Shown piece after piece: positions 41,751 through 54,684 of a stretch of 64,000 nucleotides of DNA. The DNA is from Camelus ferus (taxonomy: Eukaryota). The DNA lies in assembly GCF_009834535.1 (NCBI RefSeq), contig NC_045696.1:116128001-116192000 (forward strand), written 5' to 3'. The translations under genes and the position numbers were made by a program. Each line of letters opens with the position of its first letter. Within the stretch, counting starts at the first letter, position 1. Below the pieces are notes generated by a model. That model was not told where the DNA came from. It ran no database searches and saw nothing but the letters and a program-made list of their open reading frames with translations.

Positions 41751-43499
41751 GGTAACAATGAGACAAGTGAACTACATCTTTACCAGACAAAACAGGGTTT
41801 GCCTCTGTCAGTTACCTGCCATTTACAGAGAAGTTCAAAATGTCTCAAAGACAAGGAACAGCCAGAATTTGACAACCCATAAGGGTGTGCCAGAGTTTTC
41901 TACTGAAACACAAAGTTTCTCTCTACATGTCAAAGGGGGTTGATAACCGTATAGACTTCATGGTGTGGCCTTTGGAGAACTAAACAGTCCAAAACAGGAA
42001 TCATACGACACTTCCTCTTCACATAGTGCTGGGTACACAACACCTAATAAATGTGAACTGTTACTGCTGCCATTGTTACTGCTGTTACAGTAATCAAAGT
42101 ATCTTTCTCACACCTGGCTTTTTTTTTTTTTACACCGTTTTCAGCACGAAGATCATCGTTGCCCATTTCCCACTATTCAATATAAACTCTATTAGTAATT
42201 TAGTTTATTTCTTTTATCACTGCTTATATGGATAAAAATACACAAACCCAAATGTTTAATAATCAGAAAATAAACAACCAAATGGTTTATTCACCCAATG
42301 GTGCCATGAATGGTAGTCAAGACAACCTAAAACTGGTGTCTAAGGAGAGTTTTAATGATGTAGAAATACATCAGAATACATCAGCTTTAGCCAAGTAAAT
42401 AGGATGGATAGATGAGATAGATAGAAATTTATGTATGAAAAATAACAGAAAGAACACTTGTTATATCTTGAGACATTCTGCATCCTCTCTTTACCCAGTA
42501 ATATTTTCTGAGCACCTCCCTGTTTCCACAAATAGTCCTTGAGAACATACACTGTCAAAGTTATAGCATAAGACATTTGGTCTATTTTATTTTTCTGTTA
42601 ACCTCTGACTCTCTCATTGAGAATTATGGAATCATGGATGGAACATTAAATTGGCAAGTTCATGCTGCAAGGACCCAAATAAGTCTGCATTTGAGACAAA
42701 GAAGAGTCCAAACCACAAATGCTGTGGTCACCAGATGTCCAGATAAGAGAACTAATAGAGAGGAAACTGGCTACTGGAAATAAGAGGGAAATAATCATAT
42801 TATAGTCTAACATCGACATTCATATTAAAGTTTGGAATGAGCACACAACTTGAAGGAATTGAGGCTCTTCTCCTGCCCCAAAGGTGAGTTAGAAAGTCAG
42901 AGATGTCCCTCTTCCATTCCTGCTGTTTAAGCATTAACACTACTGTATCATTCACTAATGTCCACATTTTCTCATGCCTCTTGGGTTTTGTTCCAGCAGT
43001 TCTTCTGTCTGGAACACCCTCCCCAACTCATCCATCTAGCAAACTACTCTTCATTAAGTGTGAGTTCAAAGCCACCTTCTGCATGAAGCTTTCCCTGATT
43101 CCCCCAGGGAGAGTGAGGGTTTCTTGTGCTGACGTGCCTTTCTGGCTTTGTAGGCATCATCGTAGCTAAGGTAACGTAACCCTTCACAGGCTGGTCTTCC
43201 CTAGTGTACAGGGAATTCCTTGAAGATAAGTTTTTCACCTCATCATTCCCACTACCTAGTATAGTAGGTGCTGAATAAGTGTTTCATGAATAGATAAATG
43301 AACAAATGAAAGAAACTTTGTGATGGAATAAAGTGGAGTTCGATTATTTAGAATTAAAGTTTGGGGTTATAGCCATTTGGGCTGCCTAATTCCTAAGAAT
43401 CACTAATATTCTCATTTTACAGATCAGTTGAGATCTAGAATGATTAGGTAACTTACTCAAAAAAAGTAAGTTTCAGAAAACAAAGGGCCCTTAATTATA

Positions 43500-44420
43500 T
43501 GAAAAGAGAAATATAAATTAAAACAATTTTTTACCTTAAAACAATTTTTTACCTATCGGACTATCAAAAAAAAGTTTTATAACAGACTTTCTTGGCATGG
43601 TGTAACAGGCACTTTCATATATTGCTGGCACAAGTATAAATTGGAACCACCACTAATTTGGCACTATATATCAAAATTATATATTTATGTAACTCTCAAC
43701 CCAGAAAATATGCTTTTAGAAACTCATCCTACAGAAATAGTTATACCTGTATAAAATGGTATATAAATAGTATATGAATAAGAAAATCTGTTGCTTCACA
43801 GTTTGTAATGGCAAGAGGTTGGAAGAATCCCTTTTGACTGTCCACAGGCTAAATATATTATGGTACATCTAGAACAGTGGTTCTCAAAGTGAGGTCCCCA
43901 GACAGCTGCATCCACATCTCCTGAAAATTTATCAGAAATGTAAATTCTCAGACACCACCCCAGACTCTTGAATCAGAGACTTGAGGGTAGAGTTAATCTG
44001 TTAATCTGTAGTTTAACAGGCCCTCCAGGTGCTTCTGATGCACATAAAATTTGAAAAACATTGATCTCAGCAATGAAGTACCATACAGCTGGAAAAAATA
44101 TGAGGGAGGGAGCTCTCTATGTCCTGCTAAGGCAAGATCGCCAAGATCCTCCGTTAGGTGATGAAAGCAAACTGCACATGAGTGTCTATGGTATGTTCCC
44201 TATGGTGTAAAAGGGAGGAGGAAAGAAATCATATTTTAATTGACTTCCATATAAATTTTTTAAAACTCTGAAAATCTGAGTAGGTAAGAAATTAAGAAGA
44301 CTAGTTACCTGTGGCTGAGGGATCTTGGTAGGTAGAGAGGACAAAGAATAAAAGGGAGACTTGTAACTATGAACTTGTTTGCACTTTGTGATTTTTATTT
44401 AACCATATGAATGTATTAAC
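43500..44420 (+). mobile_element. L1ME-like fragment split by MER5A
   Basis: caggcactttcatatattgctggc, gtttgtaatggcaagaggttggaa, aaatatattatggtacatct; contains an 18-bp tandem duplication at 43518-43553. Confidence 0.65.
43876..44065. mobile_element. MER5A DNA transposon
   Basis: cagtggttctcaaagtgaggtccccagac...tttaacaggccctccaggtgcttctgatgcac. Confidence 0.88.
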
Positions 44421-44625
44421 TCTAAGATAGATAGGTACATAGATACATAGATAGATAAGACAGTTTTTTCTAAGTAGGCGTATCTCCCAAGTAGTGGCTA
44501 AAAAGGATTACTACCTTGGCTGGTTGCTTCCTATGCCATCCTTTTCATCAAGACCCTGGAGAATTTTAAAGTTCTTTTTTTTCCCCCTAAGAATTGGTGA
44601 TGACCTGTAATAAAATTTAGTTCAT

Positions 44626-44638
44626 AACACAGACAGAC

Positions 44639-44669
<31 letters not shown>

Positions 44670-44670
44670 T
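44626..44670. repeat. Compound CA/CATA microsatellite
   Basis: Directly visible. Confidence 0.9.
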
Positions 44671-46344
44671 AACAAAGGGCTGGCTGGTTTTATTGTTTTG
44701 TCATCAAGACAACTGATTTTCCAATTGCTATTTCTAAGTTTAAAGACATTTGCTGCCCACGTGCAGGAGTTTGCTCAACTGTGGGAAGGCACTTCTTCCC
44801 ACAAACCGCCTGCCTATACTGGGGCAATGATTTAGACAGATCTAAGCTTAAGGGCCATTAACAATGCAAATATCAGGTCACACTGATCGATGATAAGTAA
44901 ATTAGGTAAACCCTACTGCAGGGTTTGTAACCCTAGAATCCAAGCAAAGTCCCAGCGTTTCAACAATTTCAAATGTGCCGTGCCTGCTGAGACCAAGAAA
45001 TGTCTCATGGTGTTACACTAGACGTCTGCGGGACATTAGTGCAGTTGTTAATTTGATGTGTGACCCTCAGTAATTACTAAGGGATTCAGTTGTCCTTCCT
45101 ATTTGAAAAAAAAAAAATGAACATACTCATCTATCTCACTGAAATGTGATAGGAATTAATTAGGGATTTTTTTTAACTGAGTAATATTTTTAGCTCTTCA
45201 ATTCCAGACATTATGCAAAAAGCAAATAGCCTTGTCATAAATGTCTCACTATTTTGTCCTATTTTCAAGGTAGTGACATTCGGACAGAGTTAAATCCCAA
45301 GATCCCTGCCTGCTGCCAAACTCCAAAATGGAATCAACAGCAATGACCTCACCTTCATCTCCAGAAGGACTGGAAAATTACAGCTCCAGGTGGCCCTTGC
45401 TGGCGCATGTCCTCGGGAGACCTTTATAGGCCCCGTGCTGTGGAACAAGAGGCCTAAACTCAGCGTATTTACTGTGCTTCTTGCTTTGATCTGAATCTGC
45501 CTCCAATCAGTACCTTTGAAGTCCACGTATTTCCTGAGACGGCTGCCCTGCAGACACCCAAAATGAGCCATGAGAACTATTAAACTCTGGACAGTTTAAT
45601 AGTTCCTGCCCTGTCGTGGACACTCAAATGGACCATCAGTAAAAGGAGACAGGAGAACCAAGAGAGACCACAGCCCAGGTTGGGGACAACTGCTCCCAGG
45701 GTCCTTCTTATCTATTTCAGAGACATGCTGTAAAGATCTTGGAAAATATTTGCCAGGTGCTTTGAGTCCTGGAGAAAAAATGTTAGTGGAATCCTTTGAG
45801 ACAGAGAAGAGGAAAGAGGGGTTATTTTTAAGGCAGAAAGAGCAAAGGGTATAGCAGAAATTCAACAAATACTGGTTGAGTGCCAGCCTTGCACTGGGCC
45901 CTGGGCTCAGCACAAAGATGAGGGAGGCACGTACAGGACGGCACTCGGAGGAGAAACAGGAGGACCAGCTTAGTAATAACAAGGCGGATTAAAATAAATT
46001 TCATGAGAGCTGCTCCTGTTGTGTTATTTGTTTGTTTGTTTTCGTCCCCAGCAACTAGCTGCACACAGAAGAGGTACTCCATGACACCAAAGATGTGAAG
46101 GAACAGATAACTGCATACACAACCCTGGGGAAACATGTTGATGTCTTAACCTGCCTGACTTTCTGCCCGTCCCCCTGCCTGTGACTTTAAAACTGTATTC
46201 ATCACTGAGATGGTGCCTTTTAGAAGCACCATTTGTAAGGTGCTTCATCTGAAGTTTATTACTAGCAACTCCTCCTACCTCTTGGCTGCCATCAAAACAG
46301 GGGGCAGCTTGGAGCCTAGGCTGAAATAATGCTGCTCCTGGCAA

Positions 46345-46672
46345 TAGTCACGTCCCCGCAAAATTCTTATGTCAGAATCTATTCCCCGATGTGGGGGTAT
46401 CGGGAGGTGATTAGGTCATGAGGGTGCAGCCCTCATGAATGGGATTAGTGCCTTCGTGAAGATTCCTCAGAGGACTCCCTTGCCCTTCTGCCATGTGAGG
46501 ACACAGCGAGAAGATGGCCATCTATGAACGAGAAAGCAGGTCCTCCCCAGACTCCAAATCTGCAGTCTCCTTGATCTTGGACTTCCCAGCCTCCAAGATG
46601 GTGAGAAGGCAATGTTTGCTGCTTAATGTGCTCAGTCCATGGTATTTTTGTTAGAGCAGAGCAGACTAAGAT
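46345..46672 (+). mobile_element. MLT1A/B-like MaLR solo LTR
   Basis: gaggtgattaggtcatgagggtgcagccctcatgaatgggattagtgcc...ttgatcttggacttcccagcctcca...gactaaga. Confidence 0.88.
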
Positions 46673-46749
46673 AGATACTAAGATTGCATGTCAGGAGTAA
46701 AGGGACCAACTGGTCCCATTTTGCCCTGGACTTCCCCCTATTTAATAGT

Positions 46750-47260
46750 TGTAAATGAAAAATACTGCCTGCCATATCAGTAAACAAAGGATGCTGGAGT
46801 CACTGAGCCATCACATTGCAGCTGCCCCCAGTGGTGAGCCCTGAGGGAACTCAGGAGAAAAATAGGACACCTGCCTGGCGTATCAGCTACAGCCACCCCA
46901 ACAGTGCACCCTGAGGACACTCGGGATAGGAAAGAACAGGACACTGGCCCTACACAGCTAAGGTTCATATCAAAGGAGTGATTTCAGTGAGTCCAGACTC
47001 TTGCATCTTCCCCTACATAGAAAAGCGCCAAGTTCCTTGAGATGTCTGGTTTTCTTTAGTTAACAGTAATTTTGGATGTTCCTGCTACCTGGTCTTTATT
47101 GCAAAAAATTCCTGTGTATCCTGGCTTCTCCCCTGCCTCTTCAGAACAGTCCCTCAGAGCCATCTGGGAGGCTCGTTTCATGGGCTTGAAGTCCTCAGAA
47201 ATGTCCTCCAAATAAAACTATTTCTCAACTTTTAGGTTGTACATTTTTCTTCAGTGGACC
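46750..47260 (+). mobile_element. ERV1-type solo LTR (same family as 12463-12940)
   Basis: TG start, AATAAA at ~47211, 4-bp TSD TAGT (46746-46749 / 47261-47264). Confidence 0.88.
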
Positions 47261-47943
47261 TAGTGAAAAGCTTGCTTTTTGGAAAACAGTTCCAGTCAGA
47301 CTGGGGCAGTGATTCACCTTTATTAGGAACGCCCTACTGATTTTTCCTCAAGTATTTTCCCTCTGGTTTAGTGTCAGAAAATTGAAAATGTCAGACTGTA
47401 ATTTCCTGAAATACAAGTTAGTGATTTCCCTCCTACAAAAATGAACCTCTTCTCACCCCTCATTTCTCTCCAGAATATTCACACTTTGAGAAGTGATCTG
47501 ATTGCTATTGCTGCTACCCACCAAAAGTCCTCAGTGATTTGTATCCAAAAAGTTTCAGAGCTGAAATATAAAGAGAATTAACTAATTTAGTCCTTTTTCT
47601 ATAGCTGAGCAAACTTGAATCTCATACAACATTTTAGTCAGCAGAACAAGGCAAATACCAGGTCTCCCAATTTCCAGATTTGTGGCTTTTAAAAAATTGT
47701 ATTTTATGGTCAATAAGCCCAAGCTTTTCCATGTTTTGTTTCCCCCTTTACTAGACTTGACAATTCCTAATAAAATTCTTCATAACGCTTTTAAGATGAT
47801 TTTATAATTTGATCAACAGGACTCAAGCTGTAAGTACAGAAATTGGCTAATGAAAAACTAAGGTGACATAAGCCCTTCTATTCATGATGCCAAAAGTCCA
47901 TTAACTTTGTTTCAACAAAACAGGAATTTTTTAAAGTACTCTT

Positions 47944-48055
47944 TATGAAAACGAATATATGTATGTATATGCATGGCTGGGACATTGTACTGTACACCAG
48001 AAATTGACACATTGTAACTGACTGTACTTCAATTTTTTTAAAAATTTTAATAAAC
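47944..48055 (+). mobile_element. Very short young L1 3' end
   Basis: ctgtacaccagaaattgacacattgtaactgactgtacttcaa; TSD aaagtaYtctt (47933-47943 / 48056-48066). Confidence 0.88.
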
Positions 48056-49234
48056 AAAGTATTCTTGTATTTCATTGATTATCAGACTCGTTCCTCTACT
48101 TGCCAGAGCCCAGGACTGCCTCTTGGATTCCATGATTTAACAACATAAAGAGTAACACACACCATGGTTACCAGTTTAACAGTGTCATGGAAACTCTGCA
48201 ATAACCCTGTCAGGCTGTGTAAAGGATGAATTGCTCCCTGAAGTGTTTGGTTAAAAAAAAAAAAAAAAAAAAAGTTGTCCTCTGAAAGTTTCACTGCAAA
48301 GTCAATACAATGCATAGTGATAGAGATATGTATGCAGAGTTGACTTATAAAGGTCGACTGAATCCCAGACATGCATAAGGCAAGCTTGGAGATATTTGCC
48401 AATGACTGGGTCATTCTTAATGAAGGTCACTGTACAAGTCAGAGAAGCTGATACCCCGAATATAGGAAAGGCTACGTCAGGCTACCCTTACCCTGATGCT
48501 CCAAAGTGCAATCCATGTAACCAGCTCCGTTTATTTGAATCATATTCCCACCTGATGACATTCTCACTTTGCTTGAACTTCCAGAATAACTTGCCTACAC
48601 AGATGGTACACCCTAGCCAAAGAAAACCACTGTGCATTCCCAGGGACCCTACCTTTCTCGTTCTAAATTTAAAAATGCCCATGCTGGTTTATATACATCA
48701 TTCTTCATGAATTTGGTTAACCAGTTGTGACTTAGAAGAAGAGACCCCTGTCAGGACAGGCGAAACCCTAGTCTGCATGGATTATGGAGAATTCCTCCAG
48801 AGACCCCTGGGCAGCCAGCTAGTTCACTTCTCCTGGTGACCCACTGCCCTTGGCTCTGCATCTTCCACACAAAGTTCACCTGATGACGTCATCCTCGTTT
48901 CACCTATGAGAAAGCTAACCCTGGGAGGTCAATGCCTTTGTCATGGCTACTTGGTTAGTGCTATAATTGGGAGCTGGAACCCCAGCCTTTGACCCCAGCT
49001 GCAGTGTACTCCCCTACTCTGATTCTGTGGTAACACCTCTGGTGTCTTATAGCACACCGTCTTGGACATGCCAAGTGTCAGTCTGACAGTATCCCACATC
49101 TGCCAAGGGCCCCTTCTGATGCTGCAGAAGCCTGCCCGGCTCATGTGCAAGCACAGTCTACAGGCTGCTCTCAGGGACAGCCCTTAACCCAAGGACAAAT
49201 GAGAAGGGTTGGATAAATACCTCTGCCTCCCAGT

Positions 49235-49839
49235 TTTATAGCAGGTAGATAGCTAGATATGAGCAGAGAAAGGGGGCCTGGGCCAAATGGCAGGAAACCG
49301 TACATCCTGTGAACAACAGAGGCCCTTGGGCAGACAGAGAAAATCAGGAAGCTTGAGACTGATAAGAAATCACACATTTTAGGGTGACAAGTATCCCAGA
49401 GGCAGGCAAAGAAAGGTGGGGAAGGGCAGGAATCTCCAGGGTCTGAATGTAACCTTTTGCTCATTATGCCCTCATTACAATAAAATTAGCCTTGCAGATG
49501 AGAAGTACCCATCATGCACTGATGCCATGACACTTCCAATCTAGACTAAATAAGGACAAAAATCCCTCCTCCCTTCAAGAGGGTGGAGCTAGGATGGAAA
49601 TCAGGGAATACGACCCCAAAGCCCTCCCTCCCCAGTGAATATTCTGCCCATTCTATTTTTACACACTGTGTCACCTACTTGCCAAAGAAACTCAGGGCAG
49701 CCGCTCACCTGAGCCTGCCGGCTCTCCCCTTGAGAGTGTGCTATCCATCCCTTAATAAATCCTCACTTTACTTTCTTGACCTCGTGTCTCATCTCTGAAT
49801 TCTTTCTGTGATGAGACAAGAACCTAATTACCAGCAACA
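49235..49839 (+). mobile_element. ERV1-type solo LTR inside an older ERVL-like LTR
   Basis: AATAAA at ~49755; U5 end tctgaattctttctgtgatgagacaagaacc...gcaaca similar to the end of the 20950 LTR. Confidence 0.7.
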
Positions 49840-50638
49840 CTACCCTACAAGAGGACTCACCTAAGAGGTACGCTTCTCAGACGGTCCCAGAAGATTCAAG
49901 TCCTTATTTCCTACAACAACCCTGATACCAACCCCCTGCATGGGTTTCCTTCCATCTCTGTCTACCCCTCCACTCTTTCATGCCTGCTTCCTGGATCATT
50001 GGCAAATAAAGCCCCCAAATTCTTTTCTCAAGCTTTACATTGAGGGGAACCCAAACTGAGACAGATACCTTCCTCCCCAGAGTAAACCAAGATAACTTTC
50101 TTTCCTCCTGAAACCCAGAAAGTAGCTCTCTCACTGCAGCTCTGGGAAGACCCACAGAAAAAGCACTCACTCGGGGCTTCATGAGAGACACAGAAATAGT
50201 CTGGGGCCAGATTTTATGGCCCAGGTTCTGACCCAGTAAATAAGAACATTGAAACCCTAGATCAGAGAGACCCTTCGGGGTCCTATAAAGGGCCCTAAAA
50301 GCTAATAGAAGATGTCAGCCTCCCGGGATCTAGAGAACTCAACAGACTCCATCTTGCAGGCTTCTGCAATTACCAACAGTCAAAGTCTAATTATCTATTA
50401 CTATATAACAATATAACAAACTACCCAAAACTTAGTGGTTTAATGTCAAATTTATTTTGCCTGGAGTAAAATACTTTTATAAATGCTGTCGTGACCCAGT
50501 TTTGAGGCCCTGGCTAGAGGCTGCTCATTTCCCCTTCTTGAACAGCTGATTACGTCCACAGCCCACAAGCACCCCTCTACCTGGCAATCACACTCCAGGC
50601 CACTATAAACCAACTGTAATTGTCTCAGGGCCAAGGAC

Positions 50639-51118
50639 TGTCACTGAACATAAATTTGTGTGCCCAATGCACAGTGAGTGAGGCCAAACAAACCAAACTG
50701 TCAGAGTCTGGAGGAGAGACAGGTCGGTGGCAGGGCCGAGCAAGGAGGGTGGGTGGCTCATGCCCAAGAGAATCCCGAACTCCCTGAAGGGTTTCAGCAA
50801 AGCGTATATAAAGGCCAACAGGGTGAGGGGTGTCACAGGGTGCGTGATCAGCTCATGCACAATTCTCTGACTGGCTGATGTCGAGGTAACAGGGCATCAA
50901 CACTGCCAGCCCTTAAGCACCAGAAGGTCTAGGGGGCCAAGTGCTCTCCATAACTAGGTAGTTAATTTCTTCCATTTGGTGGTGGGTTTTAGCATCTTAA
51001 AACCCCAGGAAATGTGCATGAGATACTATTATCTGGGTCCTTCACAGAGGAGCTACAGCAGAGGGTATGGGGGAGGGGTGTGGCCCGGGAAGGACCAGTA
51101 GGGTCCTGCTCAGTTACA
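50639..51118 (-). mobile_element. 3' LTR of the provirus
   Basis: Minus strand tgtaactgagcaggaccc...cagtgaca; collinear with 56117-56589. Confidence 0.9.
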
Positions 51119-51137
51119 AGTCCCTCCTTTCCTTTTA
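51119..51137 (-). other. Polypurine tract
   Basis: Minus strand aaaaggaaaggagggact directly before the TG of the 3' LTR. Confidence 0.85.
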
Positions 51138-51493
51138 TACTCAGTTACAAGTCCCCCCTTTCCTTTTATACTCCTCAGTCTTCGGGAGAACAAGTGTTAG
51201 GGAAAAAAAGGGAATAATGTTTTGGATACAGAGGTTAGCCATCGATTCGCCAGAGAAACCTGGTTTTAAGGGAACTCAGTTTCAATCTCCAGTCCCGTTC
51301 ATCCTTCCCCAAACCTTTCAGGGAGTAAGGCGAAAACTGCCCTGGCTACTTCCTGCTGAAATGGGGCGAAGCCCTGCCTCAGTCTGGGGAGTGGACACCA
51401 AATTGAAAATACTCTTGCTTTTCAAGTCCTGAATCCAAGGCTTGTGTGACTAAGACCCCACTCCTTTAGTTCACCCTTTTGGTGCCAACAGAC

Positions 51494-51787
51494 TCAATTA
51501 GAAGTAGTGGGAGGAATGACGATCAGAAATTTAACAGACAAAGTAGACCTCATTCCCCATTCCCTGAGAGGTTCAGAGAATAAACCTGAACACCAATCTG
51601 GAGCTGGCCCTTTGGGAGAAATTTGCAGCCAGTTGTCCCTTTTATCTAAGTAGGTTTTAACTACTGATGTGGTATTAATACACACATAACAGGAGCTACT
51701 GGCCATTATACATGTCTCCTCCTTTTTTTTTTTTTTTTTTTTTTTTTTGTTAACAACTGATCTAAAGCAATTTTATTGTCTAAAAGT
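51494..51787 (-). pseudogene. env: Decayed gamma-type retroviral env TM segment
   Basis: Minus-strand translation LLDNKIALDQLL (ISD-like), a poly(A) run, then CIMASSSCYVCIN (CX6CC with last C->Y) and W-containing membrane-proximal residues; frameshifted. Confidence 0.85.
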
Positions 51788-54684
51788 TTAATAGTTACAG
51801 GAGGAGATCTTCAGGTCATTAAAATGACCTGCTTGGAGAATGGCTGGTGGCGTCCTGAGTCTGACACTGCTCAGAGAATTCAAGTTCTCAACAACAGAGG
51901 AACATGTCTGAAACCACACCCACAATGGTCACCTTGGAAGTCTGAACCCCAGCTATTCCGTTTTGACTTTCCCCTTCAAGGCCAAAGCAGATGTACAATG
52001 CATGTCCAAAAGGCCATAAAACAGGCCACTCCAGTCAGTAAAGTCCAGGTTAAACCATGTGTAAGCCAGAGTGACTTCCCCATGCTGCAGTATGTGCAGA
52101 TCTTCCCACTGTTTCCCCTTTTGATTGTAAATCTTTCAATAGAAAGCACTGATGATCAAACTACCCATCCCTCGATGCTGGTGCAATGGCTCCCGCCGCA
52201 GGTTTAGATTGTCCCTCAGGGCCAGGCCTCCTTCACATTTGCCTAGGTATCCACATTGGGGGAAAACTGATCAGACATCGTGAACAGGCTCAGAGGCACG
52301 TTAACGGAGAAACCCTTTACAGGCCATACATTTTATCACTTATACCCAATTGTCACACAAGCATCGTACACGTGCTTTTAGCAGTAGACTTAAAGCATGC
52401 AGTGTTACAGATCATGAGTAGTTATCCTCTGTGACAGCTCCAGTAAAGAACACTTTTTCTATCCTAAACACTGAGGGCAACAGTGTGGTTGGAAATAAAA
52501 CAGTAACTTTCAATATTGATAGAAAGACAAACATTTAGTAACCAGTTCAATTTAAAAAAAAATAGATGAAAAGCCAGTAGTATTTCAGACAAAACCAAAA
52601 AATTATAACCATATTCTTAGTTTACTCTATGCTATGCAATTAATTCTTTTTTACTAACAGTTTTATGAAATCAGAGTTTTCATTAGACTTTTTGAACATC
52701 TTACCCAGTTCAGCAGTATGATTTAAAAGAAACCTGTACTTTGTCAAAAAGTCCTTTTTATGTATCTTATTGAAGATGAAGCAGTTTTGCAAAGTACCTG
52801 CTTAACTGTCTATGAATGACACAAGACGTAAAAACGCATCATTAAAAGATCTGGTTACAATGTTTTTGACAAAGAAGCTTAATCAAGTCACTGCGGCATA
52901 CAACATTTTAAGATAACAACTAGGCTTATGATTGCTAGCATTATACCAAGACATGTTTAAATTTCAGAAACCTCATATAATTTCTAGAATGTCTATATTA
53001 ATAACACTTATCCACACTGTATCATCTGGGGAGGCTTATCACTCAAGGCTTCCTGTGCAATTTAACATACCAACCAATCCTAGTTAGTTTAATATTTTTC
53101 TCTGAGATACCTCAGGGGCTCTCTGCAGCAATCCGAAGAACTTTCATTAGAATGATAGGAAGTTTGTCAAAAATACCCAAGTTCCACACAATCCGTTATC
53201 GGAAGCATCCTGAGTAAACCAGTTCTCTTAACAGAGCGGAACCCAATCTAGTCCTGCACCAGCCTACTTTTATGACAAAATCCATTTACCTAATTAAGTT
53301 CAATTTAAATTTAGCCTGACCATGCACAAACCTCCTTTTTTTAGGGCATCCTTTCTACAAACTTTTCCCTTAACAAAATACAACTCCATTCCTCATACTT
53401 TTTACTCTAAACATATATCCTACTTTCCTACTGTACACTGAAGTGTTTCCTTTATTATTTTAGTAGCTTTAATGACATATAAATTAGAATCCTCACCTCG
53501 TAAAACTCTTAATTTCTAGTGAAAACCAGGAAGTAAGCAATTATGAACTTTTACATTAGCGTTCTGTAAACTGGCAAACAAATACCAATAATAATTTCTA
53601 ACAACATGTGCTTTTTATAGAAAATATCTCAGTGTGGCACCAAACATACTTAATAATGTTCTAAACATCATTAGTTTCTCTGTAAAGGGAAGCCAATGTT
53701 CAGTAAATAATGTTCCAGTATCTTATTTCTGTTTGGGAATGACCTAGCTATTCAATAAACTTCCATCACTTAACTTAAGTTAGAACAACTCTAAAATTTC
53801 AAGTTACCAAATATCTAGAGAGATTATTTTTAAGTAGACATTCTTAAAACATAATTATTTCTTAAGAGTTCACCCAAAAGCTCTTGTGTTACTTGCATTT
53901 AATTTCCTTATAAGATTTTTATCATACCAAGTTAAATTCTTTTTTCTTTCTGCTGAAAAAACCGCAACAGAAACAACATGAACTTAGCAACCTTCAGTAA
54001 ACCTACGAACAACAAAAGACATGTCTGTGTTGATTATACCAACGAGCTTAAGCTAGCTTAAATATCAGATATTAATTTAATATCAAATATTTCCTAGATC
54101 ACATGAACCTGAAATTTGGTGTCTAGTTTCTTTTATACTTAGAAGTATTTAGTCTGTAAGTGCTTACTTTTAAGTCGATTAAATAGAGCTCTTATATAAA
54201 AGTGTTAACTTTTACATAAAGACCAACAGAACCAGAGATCTCAGTTTTTCCACTTGAGTTTAAAAAAATCTTTTTTCCTTGCGAGACCAGGTAGATCATC
54301 TACATCTCAAAGGCACAGGAAGAGAAATGAAAATTCCTCCTCTAACTGCTTTTACAAAACCCAACCATCTTGATTATTTTCAGGGATTTTTTTTTCCAAT
54401 TCCCAAATATCTACTTCAGTTTGAAGAAATAACAGTAAGAGACAATAATATATAATCATTCACTCCATTCACATGCCTCACTTTCAGCAAAACCAGAAGA
54501 GAGCACAGGATTTGAACTCAGATACCAAGATGCACACATAAACACACACACACACCCCTACCCAAGATAAAAGCCAAACTGCAGAAGCCCCACTTTAATA
54601 TAACAGCAGAGCCATCAGGGCCATTGTTCTCCAGATCTCAGGAGTGCTAAGGTCACACCGTGTTACAATAAAAATACCATTTTC

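Noticed and set aside
44351..44370. aaagggagacttgtaact resembling the proviral PPT/LTR junction
   Set aside because: Lies within an L1ME-like 3' end and no LTR follows
51776..52434. Plus-strand ORFs of 143 and 82 aa inside the provirus
   Set aside because: Antisense to the element with no known motifs
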